Below are positions 1-8,778 of a stretch of DNA of 64,000 nucleotides, piece by piece. Source of the stretch: an uncultured Clavibacter sp. (lineage in GTDB: Bacteria > Actinomycetota > Actinomycetes > Nanopelagicales > Nanopelagicaceae); assembly GCA_964521265.1 (NCBI GenBank), contig CAZFQY010000001.1, positions 967 to 64,966 of the forward strand, in the 5' to 3' direction. A model generated the notes under the pieces. It was not told the DNA's origin. It saw only the letters and a program-made list of their open reading frames with translations, and did not search any database. Made by a program: the position numbers and the translations under genes. Each line of letters starts with the position of its first letter. Positions within the stretch are counted from its first letter, which is position 1.

Positions 1-158
1 ATCAAATGGAATTGAGCGTTGGCATCAGGCTCTTTTGGAAGCGTGATGATGAGGTTAAGTTTGGAACTGGGGCAGGCATCACTTGGGATAGCGATCCTGA
101 ATCCGAATGGGAGGAGACTGAGTTAAAGGCACGCCGCCTTATTTCTCTGACGCGATGA
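1..158 (+). CDS. Chorismate-utilising enzyme component I (aminodeoxychorismate/anthranilate synthase), C-terminal fragment; the 5' end lies outside the window
   Basis: My own translation of frame 3 gives ...KFGTGAGITWDSDPESEWEETELKARRLISLTR*, the typical C-terminus of the chorismate-binding family. The stop TGA (156-158) overlaps the ATG of the next gene (ATGA). The downstream class IV aminotransferase suggests PabB. Confidence 0.6.
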   Translation, partial: QMELSVGIRLFWKRDDEVKFGTGAGITWDSDPESEWEETELKARRLISLTR

Positions 159-919
159 TTTACCTAAATGGTTCACCCTACGATGGTGATGGTCTCTCAG
201 ATTCGATACTTCTTGGTGATGGGGTCTTTGAAACTCTCCGAAGCTACAACGGCCGTCTTTTTGATTTAGGTTCACACCTTCAAAGACTGGAAGATGGAAT
301 TAAGAGCCTAGTGATACCGAAGAGTGCAGAGACGCAATACGACCGAGCCAAGTTGATTCTGTCCATTCGAGAAGTTATGGGGAGAGGCGTATTCCCAAAC
401 GGTGCACTGAGAATCTCCTTTTATGTTGATGGAAATTGGGTCGTAACCCATAAGGAGTACATTCCGCCAGTCGATGCCCTCCGTTGTTGTTTCGTGCAAG
501 AGGAGCCTGAGGCGCTTAAGTACAAGAGCGCTTCATATTCGAGGCGACTAAGAGCACGGAGGTCTGTAGAGAATTCAGGTTTCGATGATCTAGTTTTTGT
601 CGGCCACGACGAAGAAGTTTCGGAGCTCTCTACATCTAATCTCTTGGCATGCATTGACGGTAACTGGGTTACCCCTCGTATTGAGAGTGGCGCCCTTCCG
701 GGGGTCACTAGGAAGGCCCTCATCGAGAACTTTGGGATCCGGGAAGTTAGGTTGACGAGAGCCGCGTTATTAGAGGCTGAGGCTCTAGCTGCAATCTCCA
801 GCTTGCGCGAGATTCAGGGCATTAAGGAGATTGGCGGGAAAGACACTCCAATCTCTAATCGACTCCGTGAACTTCAAGAGAGTTTCCATACTTGGATTTT
901 GGGTAATCTTGCCCTATGA
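155..919 (+). CDS. pabC: Aminodeoxychorismate lyase-like class IV (fold type IV) PLP enzyme
   Basis: 254 aa. Contains GDGVFETLRSY, HLQRLEDG and SNLLAC...TPRIESGALPGVTRKAL, typical of class IV aminotransferase/ADC lyase. Translationally coupled to the upstream chorismate-binding enzyme fragment. Confidence 0.65.
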   Translation: MIYLNGSPYDGDGLSDSILLGDGVFETLRSYNGRLFDLGSHLQRLEDGIKSLVIPKSAETQYDRAKLILSIREVMGRGVFPNGALRISFYVDGNWVVTHKEYIPPVDALRCCFVQEEPEALKYKSASYSRRLRARRSVENSGFDDLVFVGHDEEVSELSTSNLLACIDGNWVTPRIESGALPGVTRKALIENFGIREVRLTRAALLEAEALAAISSLREIQGIKEIGGKDTPISNRLRELQESFHTWILGNLAL

Positions 920-1233
920 ATTTCCGTCAACAAATCAAAGCCAATCCATATGGGTCATTGATTTGGCGTATCTTCATCGGAGTTATCGGTGGCTTGGTGA
1001 CAATTCTCGGAACGATCTTCTTGTTCGCTCCTGGCCCTGGACTCTTGGTACTTCTTGCTGGCCTCGGAATCTTGGCAACTGAATTCGCATGGGCCGCAAA
1101 TGCGATTCGAAAGACCAAATCGATTGCCCAAAGCACCTCCGAGAAATTCCGCGTCCCACTCTGGGTCAAATACCTCTTGGTTGCAGGAGGCGCAGTTATA
1201 TCGATCGCTCTCCTAGTCTTCTTTTACGCTTAA
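916..1233 (+). CDS. Small two-TM membrane protein with a PGPGW-type motif
   Basis: 105 aa with two hydrophobic segments. The motif FAPGPGLLVLLAGLGILATEFAWA resembles the PGPGW putative transmembrane family. ATGA overlap with pabC. Confidence 0.55.
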   Translation: MNFRQQIKANPYGSLIWRIFIGVIGGLVTILGTIFLFAPGPGLLVLLAGLGILATEFAWAANAIRKTKSIAQSTSEKFRVPLWVKYLLVAGGAVISIALLVFFYA

Positions 1234-1261
1234 AGTTTCTCTGCTTTGGTAGCCTCGCTTC

Positions 1262-3298
1262 GTGACTAATCAGGCTGGCGAAGCCACTATCTCCATCACT
1301 CTAGATGGCTCACCAAAACGGGTTTCTGGCGGCTTGAAGGTAACCCAAGTTTGCGAAGAGGTTTATCCGGATCTCATGAAGCCGGGACCAAAGGCAATCG
1401 TTGTTTGTCGGGTAAATGGGGCGCTCCGAGATCTGTGGACCGACTTAACAGATGGTGATGTCGTTGAGACAGTCTCAATTGATAGCGAAGATGGATTGAA
1501 CGTGCTCCGACATTCAACAGCGCATGTTCTGGCCCAAAGTGTGCAAAGTATCTTTTCGCAAACCCGCTTGGGTATCGGTCCGCCAATTACCGATGGTTTC
1601 TATTACGACTTCCATCCAGAGCGTCCATTCACGCCTGAAGATTTAGAAAAACTCGAGAGCGCCATGCGCAAAGTCATCAAGGATGCCCAACGATTCAAAC
1701 GTAGAGTGGTTAGTGATACGGAAGCATTAGCCGAGCTTGCCAACGAACCTTATAAATGTGAATTGATAAAGCTCAAAAGTGGTGACGTTGCTGAAGGTGC
1801 ATCGGTAGAAGTTGGCAGCGGTGAATTGACAATCTATGACAACCTTGGAAGAGATGGAAAAGCCGTGTGGGGGGATCTGTGCAGAGGCCCACACCTTCCA
1901 TCTACCAAGTACATTCCCGCCTTCAAGTTGATGCGATCGGCTGGAGCGTATTGGCGCGGCTCTGAAAAGAATCCGATGCTGCAGCGAATCTATGGAACTG
2001 CATGGCCTTCTCAAGAAGCCCTTGATCAGTATTTGAATCTTCTGGCTGAGGCGGAGAAACGAGATCACCGCAGGCTCGGTGCGGAGTTGGACCTCTTCTC
2101 CTTCCCGGATGAGATCGGATCAGGTCTGGCGGTCTTCCACCCTAAAGGTGGAATCATCAGAATGGCGATGGAGGAGTACTCGCGAAAACGGCATGTGGAA
2201 GAAGGATACGAATTCGTCTATTCGCCTCATCTAACGAAGGCAGCGCTTTTTGAGAAATCCGGACATCTGGATTGGTACTCAGAGGGAATGTATCCACCAA
2301 TGGTCATGGATGAGGAGCATCACGCCGACGGAACGGTGAAGCGGGCAGGCCAGAAGTACTACATGAAGCCCATGAATTGCCCGTTCCATAATCTGATCTT
2401 CGCTTCACGCGGGCGTTCCTATCGGGAACTTCCACTTCGCCTCTTTGAATTCGGAACTGTATATCGCTACGAGAAATCGGGTGTAATTCATGGAATTACG
2501 CGAGCAAGAGGTTTTACGCAAGATGATGCTCATATTTATTGCACGCAAGAACAGATGGCTGATGAACTAGATAGTCTTCTTACGTTTGTTCTTAATCTGC
2601 TTCGCGATTACGGTCTACAGGATTTCTACTTGGAACTATCAACTAAGAATGATGAGAAATTCATTGGCTCAGATGAAGACTGGGAGAGAGCTACTGAAAC
2701 GCTTCGTAGAGCCGCGGAGAAACAAGATTTGAAGTTAGTGCTCGACAAGGGTGGCGCTGCCTTCTACGGACCAAAGATCAGTGTTCAGGCAAAAGATGCC
2801 ATCGGCAGAACATGGCAGATGTCTACTATCCAAGTGGACTTCCAGCTCCCACAGCGTTTTGAGTTGGAGTATCAAGCCTCTGATGGCTCTCGCCAACGTC
2901 CGGTGATGATTCATAGGGCGCTCTTCGGTTCGATAGAGAGATTCTTTGGTGTATTGACCGAGCATTATGCGGGGGCGTTCCCACCGTGGCTCGCTCCCGT
3001 ACAAGTCCGTGGAATCCCGGTGGCTGAAGCTTTTGCGCCGTATCTCAGCGAGATTGTCGAACGGATGAGGAAGCTGGGGATAAGGGCCGAAATCGATAAT
3101 TCTGATGACCGAATGCAGAAGAAGATTCGAAATGCACAGGCTGAGAAGATTCCATTCATGCTCATAGCGGGAGAAGAGGATCAAAGATCTGGCGCCGTCT
3201 CATTTAGATTCCGAAACGGGGAGCAGCGGAACGGTGTTCCACTCGAAGAAGCTATTGCCCTGATACAAAAGGCAATCTCCGAACGAACCCAAGTCTGA
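1262..3298 (+). CDS. thrS: Threonine--tRNA ligase
   Basis: 678 aa. N-terminal TGS-like region, HSTAHVLA editing-domain motif, [16 protein letters not shown], and class II core plus anticodon-binding domain. GTG start. Confidence 0.97.
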   Translation: MTNQAGEATISITLDGSPKRVSGGLKVTQVCEEVYPDLMKPGPKAIVVCRVNGALRDLWTDLTDGDVVETVSIDSEDGLNVLRHSTAHVLAQSVQSIFSQTRLGIGPPITDGFYYDFHPERPFTPEDLEKLESAMRKVIKDAQRFKRRVVSDTEALAELANEPYKCELIKLKSGDVAEGASVEVGSGELTIYDNLGRDGKAVWGDLCRGPHLPSTKYIPAFKLMRSAGAYWRGSEKNPMLQRIYGTAWPSQEALDQYLNLLAEAEKRDHRRLGAELDLFSFPDEIGSGLAVFHPKGGIIRMAMEEYSRKRHVEEGYEFVYSPHLTKAALFEKSGHLDWYSEGMYPPMVMDEEHHADGTVKRAGQKYYMKPMNCPFHNLIFASRGRSYRELPLRLFEFGTVYRYEKSGVIHGITRARGFTQDDAHIYCTQEQMADELDSLLTFVLNLLRDYGLQDFYLELSTKNDEKFIGSDEDWERATETLRRAAEKQDLKLVLDKGGAAFYGPKISVQAKDAIGRTWQMSTIQVDFQLPQRFELEYQASDGSRQRPVMIHRALFGSIERFFGVLTEHYAGAFPPWLAPVQVRGIPVAEAFAPYLSEIVERMRKLGIRAEIDNSDDRMQKKIRNAQAEKIPFMLIAGEEDQRSGAVSFRFRNGEQRNGVPLEEAIALIQKAISERTQV

Positions 3299-3308
3299 GG
3301 CCCCTTCC

Positions 3309-3863
3309 ATGACTGATTCCATGGCAGAAAATGAAATAGAGGGTTTAGGAATCCCCGATAGATGGCAAAGGCTCTGGGCGCCACATCGGATGGCTTATTT
3401 ATCTGGTGAGAATCGGCCACTAAAGGGCAACGATGTTTCATGCCCATTTTGCGAGATACCGCAGAGAGATGATGAGAGTGCACTTATTGTTCATCGCGGA
3501 GAGCTTGCATACGTAGTATTGAATCTTTATCCGTACAACCCAGGTCACCTTCTAGTCTGTGCCTATCGCCATGTCGCGGACCTGACAGATCTCTCTGACG
3601 ATGAGCGCGAAGAAATCTTCAAATTGACTTCCGATGCCATGAAGGTCATAAGAGAAGTTTCTAAGCCGGGCGGTTTCAATCTCGGAATGAATCAGGGAGC
3701 TATTTCAGGTGCAGGAGTAGCAGAACATATACATCAACATGTCATACCTAGATGGTCTGGCGATGCCAACTTCATGCCTCTAATAGGTCAGACAAAGGTG
3801 CTTCCTAAGTTACTAAGCGAAACTCGTACAGAACTTGCTAACGCTTGGCGAGAGCTTCAATAA
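3309..3863 (+). CDS. HIT-family nucleotide hydrolase/phosphorylase (Ap4A phosphorylase-like)
   Basis: 184 aa. Histidine triad HIHQHVIPRW. Sits directly downstream of thrS, as in the mycobacterial thrS-HIT-pgsA1 cluster. Confidence 0.85.
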   Translation: MTDSMAENEIEGLGIPDRWQRLWAPHRMAYLSGENRPLKGNDVSCPFCEIPQRDDESALIVHRGELAYVVLNLYPYNPGHLLVCAYRHVADLTDLSDDEREEIFKLTSDAMKVIREVSKPGGFNLGMNQGAISGAGVAEHIHQHVIPRWSGDANFMPLIGQTKVLPKLLSETRTELANAWRELQ

Positions 3864-4473
3864 TTGAGTTAACTTCTGGGGCGCCGAAGGGCTTTTCGCT
3901 CCCAACTGGTATTGCAATCGCAAAAATGCCTTCAAAGAAACCAGAATCACCAAGTTCTTTGTGAAGTTCCAGGTATTCGGCTTGAAAGTCGGAGATCAGA
4001 TCAACCAGCTCGCTATCAGCCGAGAAGCGGTTTACGGCAGAACCGGAGTAATCATGAACCAGATTATCTTCTAATGAAATGAGGGCAGTAGGTTGCCCAA
4101 GATCATCATGCAGAACGAGAAATGGGGTGGCGAATTTCTCTAATACCCGATTGCCAATTAGAACGATGTCATCAAAATCTGATTCCGAAAATTCTATGCC
4201 TTGGACGAGCATTAATCTGGGGAACTGGCGTTCCTGAAAGAAATGCCAGGTCTCAATCATCTCCCTGGAGACACCAGTTCTGGCATCAACCAAGAGTGCA
4301 AAAAGATCTATCTTCTCCTGTAGTTCGAGGAAGCGAACTAAAGCTAAATCTGACGATGCGGCATCCTCTGGAATAGCAAACCGTTCCACCTTTGCAGACA
4401 ATCCTGAGAGAGAAGCTACGGGATTGACCCCTGGATGGTGGGCTAAAACCATGTGTATTTGGGGAGTAGCCAT
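3838..4473 (-). CDS. Hypothetical protein: stand-alone EF-G-like G/G' domain lacking G1, G3 and G4 GTP-binding motifs
   Basis: This 211-aa ORF is the only long ORF in 3864-4487 on either strand. IDLFALLVDARTGVSREMIETWHFFQERQFPRLMLVQG aligns by eye with EF-G LDGAxVVxDxxxGVxPQSETVWRQAxKYxVPRIxFxNKMD. The C-terminal AIAIPVGSEKPFGAPEVNSIIEAL resembles EF-G GSAxKNKGVQxLLDAVxxYLP. The P-loop position reads AHHPGVNPV instead of AHxDAGKTT. Confidence 0.6.
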   Translation of the reverse strand: MATPQIHMVLAHHPGVNPVASLSGLSAKVERFAIPEDAASSDLALVRFLELQEKIDLFALLVDARTGVSREMIETWHFFQERQFPRLMLVQGIEFSESDFDDIVLIGNRVLEKFATPFLVLHDDLGQPTALISLEDNLVHDYSGSAVNRFSADSELVDLISDFQAEYLELHKELGDSGFFEGIFAIAIPVGSEKPFGAPEVNSIIEALAKR

Positions 4474-4487
4474 TAGAAGAGCCTACG

Positions 4488-5087
4488 ATGTATCCAATGA
4501 TTCAGAAGCGATTTAAGGCGACGGTCACCACTCTAATCACACCAGTTTGCCGAGGCATGTTGCGCATGGGACTGTCCGCCAACGCCGTCACAATCATGGG
4601 AGCAGGCGGAGTGACGCTCGCAGCCATTTATTTCTTCTCTGAAGGCCGATTCTTTCTCGGCACTTTGATTGTTTCCTTTTTTGCGCTCAGCGATCTCTTT
4701 GACGGCACGATGGCGCGGATTTCAGAGAATAATGGAACTCGTTGGGGCGCGCTTCTAGATTCGACGCTGGATCGAATCAGTGATGCTGGAATAGTTATCG
4801 GAATATGGATTTATCTCTTCAATAAGGATTCCAATCTTCACTTCCTAGCTATCGCACTTCTATTTCTCGGAGGGCTGATCCCTTATATTCGAGCGAGAGC
4901 TGAGAGTTTAGGAATAGATTGCTCTGTTGGCATTGCTGAACGAGCAGAGCGTTTAATACTTCTTCTTATCGGTACTGGGATTTACGGACTCGGTATCGAA
5001 ATTGCTTTATCCATATCATTGTGGATACTTCTTCTCATCAGCATAATTACAGTCCTTCAACGCTTAAAGGTTGTGTACGACGCGTGA
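4488..5087 (+). CDS. pgsA: CDP-alcohol phosphatidyltransferase (phosphatidylinositol-phosphate synthase type)
   Basis: 199 aa, multi-TM. The CDP-alcohol motif is DLFDGTMARISENNGTRWGALLDSTLDRISD. Conserved position upstream of the PIM acyltransferase and pimA. Confidence 0.9.
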   Translation: MYPMIQKRFKATVTTLITPVCRGMLRMGLSANAVTIMGAGGVTLAAIYFFSEGRFFLGTLIVSFFALSDLFDGTMARISENNGTRWGALLDSTLDRISDAGIVIGIWIYLFNKDSNLHFLAIALLFLGGLIPYIRARAESLGIDCSVGIAERAERLILLLIGTGIYGLGIEIALSISLWILLLISIITVLQRLKVVYDA

Positions 5088-5971
5088 GGACAATTACTGA
5101 GGGTTTGACCTATTTGATTTACAGCGCATTATGGCGCTTTGTTCGATTTCTTCCGGAGAAAAGTGCATATTCGCTATTCGATCGGATTGCCGCACGGGCT
5201 TACAAGAAGAATGGCAGGAGAATTGAAAGACTTCGTTTCAACTACCAAAAAGTGTTTCCGGATAAGTCAAAGTCCGAGATCGAGGAATTGGTTCAAGCAG
5301 GGGTTAGAAATGCGATGCGTTATTGGTGTGACACATTTCGCATATCGGATTGGGATCAAAAGCGGGTAGCAGGAAGTGTTACAACGGAGAACAATGAACT
5401 CTTTCTTCGCTCAGTTAAATCGGGAGATGGAGTAATCGTCGCCTTGCCTCATGCAGGTAATTGGGATCATGCCGGTCTCTACTACTGTTCCCAAGGAATC
5501 ACTGTGCACACCGTTGCCGAACACCTTCGACCAGAGCGACTCTTTAGAAAGTTTCTCGAACACAGGGAGCGCATGGGAATCAAAGTCCTAGATATAGAAG
5601 CAAAGGTGACGGGGGAGTTGATTTCACGCTTGAATGAGGGCCAACTCGTAGCCCTAGTCGCAGACCGCGATTTGTCACAGAGCGGAGTCGATGTCGAATT
5701 CTTCGGTTCAAATGCCCGTATGCCTGCAGGTCCTGCACTTCTGGCATACCGAACTAAAGCTCATCTAATCACCGCATATGTTTCATATACATCCGTTGGG
5801 ATCAAAATAAAGTTCAGCGGTCCTTTCCCAGTTGATCGGCGAAACGATGAGGTTAAGGAAGTCGAGCGACTTACTCAATGTCTTGCAAATCAGTTTGCGC
5901 AAGACATAAGTATTGAACCGGATTCGTGGCATATGCAGCAGCGCATCTTTATTGACCGAAAGAGTCCTTGA
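5084..5971 (+). CDS. patA: Phosphatidylinositol mannoside acyltransferase (LpxL/HtrB-type lysophospholipid acyltransferase)
   Basis: HX4D acyltransferase motif LPHAGNWDHAG. Located between pgsA and pimA. I prefer the GTG at 5084, which overlaps the pgsA stop (GTGA). The track ORF extends to 5021 but would overlap pgsA by 67 nt. Confidence 0.8.
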   Translation: MRTITEGLTYLIYSALWRFVRFLPEKSAYSLFDRIAARAYKKNGRRIERLRFNYQKVFPDKSKSEIEELVQAGVRNAMRYWCDTFRISDWDQKRVAGSVTTENNELFLRSVKSGDGVIVALPHAGNWDHAGLYYCSQGITVHTVAEHLRPERLFRKFLEHRERMGIKVLDIEAKVTGELISRLNEGQLVALVADRDLSQSGVDVEFFGSNARMPAGPALLAYRTKAHLITAYVSYTSVGIKIKFSGPFPVDRRNDEVKEVERLTQCLANQFAQDISIEPDSWHMQQRIFIDRKSP

Positions 5972-7152
5972 TGAGCGATAGACCTTTGAAGATCGGAATG
6001 GTCTCTCCTTATGCCTGGGATGTCCCCGGAGGTGTCCAAGCACACATAAAAGATCTAGCGCATCACTTCATGGATCGTGGACATGAAGTTTCGGTTCTTG
6101 CACCTGCGGTTGAGGAAACTTCGATAAGTGAGGATTTTGTTGTAGCTGCAGGGCGCCCAGTTGCAATTCCCTATAACGGAGCTGTCGCTCGGGTGTTATT
6201 CGGTCCGGTGGCTGCCACTCGAGTCCGTCAATGGATTGCCAGAAATGATTTCGACGTATTGCACCTCCATGAGCCTGCGATTCCATCTCTCTCGCTGTTG
6301 GCGTGTTCGATTGCCGAAGGTCCCATGGTGGGAACATTCCACGTCGCCGCGCCTCGGCAGAAGGTTGCGTTTGCGATTGCCCCATTGCTTGAACCTGTTA
6401 TCGAAAAGCTTCGAGCTCGTATCGCGGTGAGCGAGGTCGCTCGAGAGACTCTGACCATTCACCTCGATACGGATGCGGTTGTAATTCCAAACGGGATCGA
6501 CACCTCATTCTTTGCTGCTGCGAAAGTTAATCCTGACTGGAACCGTGATTTCACACTGGGTTTCTTGGGGCGTTTCTCGGAACCCCGCAAAGGTCTAAGC
6601 GTCTTGATGGATGCGCTACCGAATATGGTGCGAGCTATTCCGAATCTACGGATTTTGATTGCAGGACCAGGTGAAGGCTTAGAGGTGATGCAATCCGTAA
6701 GTCCCAATCTGAGAAACCGGATCGTCTTTCTGGGAAGGTTGAGCGAAGAGGAGAAAGCTTCATTCCTTAAGTCTGTCGATGTTTATGTGGCGCCAAACAC
6801 CGGAGGAGAATCCTTTGGAATCATTTTGGCGGAGGCTATGGCGGCTGGATCTGCGATTGTCGCAAGTAACCTTCCTGCATTTGAAAGCGTGCTTGGCCAT
6901 GGAGAGTATGGTCTGACCTTCGAGAACGAAGATGCATCAGATCTCGCAAAGCAGGTAATTAAACTTGCAAAAGAGAGATCACTCCTCAATGGATTCAGCG
7001 AGAGAGCCATTGAAGGTGCGAAACGTTTTGACTGGGAGGCTGTAGGGCCGGAGATTATGAATGTGTACCTACACGCACAAGGCGAGTCCGAGAGAGTGAC
7101 TGTGGGTTCTGAGCCTCGAACGTGGCTCCGTTTTTTGAATCGGGAAGAGTGA
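5971..7152 (+). CDS. pimA: GT4 glycosyltransferase, phosphatidylinositol alpha-mannosyltransferase
   Basis: N-terminus KIGMVSPYAWDVPGGVQAHIKDLA. GT-B C-terminal motif ESFGIILAEAMAAGSAIVAS. Synteny with pgsA and patA. The ATG at 5971 overlaps the patA stop; an alternative TTG lies at 5968. Confidence 0.85.
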   Translation: MSDRPLKIGMVSPYAWDVPGGVQAHIKDLAHHFMDRGHEVSVLAPAVEETSISEDFVVAAGRPVAIPYNGAVARVLFGPVAATRVRQWIARNDFDVLHLHEPAIPSLSLLACSIAEGPMVGTFHVAAPRQKVAFAIAPLLEPVIEKLRARIAVSEVARETLTIHLDTDAVVIPNGIDTSFFAAAKVNPDWNRDFTLGFLGRFSEPRKGLSVLMDALPNMVRAIPNLRILIAGPGEGLEVMQSVSPNLRNRIVFLGRLSEEEKASFLKSVDVYVAPNTGGESFGIILAEAMAAGSAIVASNLPAFESVLGHGEYGLTFENEDASDLAKQVIKLAKERSLLNGFSERAIEGAKRFDWEAVGPEIMNVYLHAQGESERVTVGSEPRTWLRFLNREE

Positions 7153-7166
7153 AGAGGTGAATTCAA

Positions 7167-7664
7167 TTGAGTAGCTTCGTCCTAGCGCTTCTTTTCACTT
7201 TGATATTTATCTGGTACCTAACTTTTTCCGCAAATCGCCTTGATCGTTTACATCATAGAGTTGAAACTTCTTGGGCAAATCTCGATTCAATCTTGCAACG
7301 GCGAGCGGCTCTGGCTCAGGAAATAGCTCATTTGAAGGAGATCGATCCTGCGACGAATCTGTTGATCACCTCAGCCGCTCATCAGGCTCGCGAGGCTGAT
7401 ATTTCCGAGAGAAGCGAGGCCGAAAGCGGACTATCAGAAGCGCTGAAACTTCTAAGACTCGAAAGCGACATTCCCGAGATTTATCCAGAAGTCTTCAGCG
7501 AGCTAGATGCAATAACCGACAGATTAAAGACGGCGATTGCAATCCATCGAGAGTCAGTTGACTCAACAACAAGAAGAAGGAACAAGTTATTGATAAGAAT
7601 CTTCCGGTTAGCCGGAAGGGCGCCGCTTCCGGTCACATATCCTTTTGAAGATGATGTCCTATAA
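7167..7664 (+). CDS. LemA-like membrane-anchored protein (divergent)
   Basis: 165 aa with an N-terminal TM (FVLALLFTLIFIWYLTF). NRLDRLHHRVETSWANLDSILQRRAAL resembles the LemA signature NxLVxLxxxVxxAWxxIDVQLKRRxDL. TTG start preceded by GAGGTG. Confidence 0.5.
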   Translation: MSSFVLALLFTLIFIWYLTFSANRLDRLHHRVETSWANLDSILQRRAALAQEIAHLKEIDPATNLLITSAAHQAREADISERSEAESGLSEALKLLRLESDIPEIYPEVFSELDAITDRLKTAIAIHRESVDSTTRRRNKLLIRIFRLAGRAPLPVTYPFEDDVL

Positions 7665-8667
7665 GAATCTTCCTCGTATCGCCAGGGGAATCACTTCGGC
7701 GATGCTTGCACTTGTATTCCTAGCTGGGTGTTCGCTATCTGATATCCCTTTCGTCGAAAGAGCGCCTGAGCCAGAACGGAATGTGTTAACGGGTGAAGTT
7801 GGCTCAAATCAAAAGGTCATGGCGGTGAAATTCGATGACACGAGAGCCGCTCATCCTCAAGAAGGAGTAGAAGCAGCGGACGTTGTATTCATCACGCAGG
7901 TTGAAGCGGGTCTAACTAGATTGATGGGAATTTACTCTTCACAATATCCAGATCAAGTAGGCCCAGTTCGCTCAGCTCGTATTTCAGATATCGACATCCT
8001 GGCTCAATTTGGTCGAGTTGGTTTCATGTACAGCGGGGCCCAAAGTAAGTTGCGGCCAGTATTGATGGCTTCAAATTTAGAGAATCTTAGCGCGGAGCGG
8101 AATCCACCTTCAATCTATTTCAACGATCCAAATCGAATCGCGCCGTATGCGATGATGGTACGAATACCTCTGCTTCTCAAGAAGGCAGAGAATGTAGATT
8201 TTGTTAAAGCTGTTGGCTGGGACCATGGAGAGCTAAGTCAATCAGCTTTACCAGTCGAGAGAGTAAAAATAACTTGGCCTAATGCTTCTTATGAGGCAGT
8301 TTGGAATGATGAATCGAAGCGCTTTGATTTAAATTTTGATGGAAAGGCGAATCTTGCAAAATCAGGGGAACGTCTTGGATCGAATATGATGGTGATTCAA
8401 TTTGTCGAAATAAAGCCCTCTGAATACGGCGACAAATTTGGTGGCGTGACTCCGAAGTCCAATGTGATTGGATCAGGCAAAGCGCTCCTACTAAGAGATG
8501 GAACGATCACTGAGGTCTTTTGGAGCCGCGAAAGTGCGGCATCCCCAACAAGCTGGAGTCTTCCAACAGGTGAGCCCGCACTCTTTGCCACTGGGCAGAA
8601 ATGGTTCTTTCTAACTGATCAAGAGCCTGAAATCACCTATCCCGTTCAAGATCAGGGGAGCGATTAG
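7645..8667 (+). CDS. DUF3048-family lipoprotein (YerB-like)
   Basis: 340 aa. Signal peptide with lipobox LVFLAGCS. VMAVKFDDTRAAHPQEGVEAADVVFITQVEAGLTRLMGIYSS is typical of DUF3048. Overlaps the upstream gene by 20 nt. Confidence 0.7.
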   Translation: MKMMSYKNLPRIARGITSAMLALVFLAGCSLSDIPFVERAPEPERNVLTGEVGSNQKVMAVKFDDTRAAHPQEGVEAADVVFITQVEAGLTRLMGIYSSQYPDQVGPVRSARISDIDILAQFGRVGFMYSGAQSKLRPVLMASNLENLSAERNPPSIYFNDPNRIAPYAMMVRIPLLLKKAENVDFVKAVGWDHGELSQSALPVERVKITWPNASYEAVWNDESKRFDLNFDGKANLAKSGERLGSNMMVIQFVEIKPSEYGDKFGGVTPKSNVIGSGKALLLRDGTITEVFWSRESAASPTSWSLPTGEPALFATGQKWFFLTDQEPEITYPVQDQGSD

Positions 8668-8778
8668 TAACCTGGCTTTAGCTATCTGCCTTTAGTGAAC
8701 TGGCCTGAGTTATCTAGCTCCACGAGAGGAGTCAGGCCTCAAACTCGCCGGTTGCCCGAAAATAAGTAGAATTCGGAT

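Noticed and set aside
8702-8738. A hairpin (GGCCTGA ... TCAGGCC, 7-bp stem with a loop of about 23 nt) and a loose direct repeat in the 111-nt spacer upstream of pdxS.
   Set aside because: The stem is short with a large loop, has no U-tract, and matches no known regulatory element I recognise. It is most likely an incidental or weak terminator for the DUF3048 gene.
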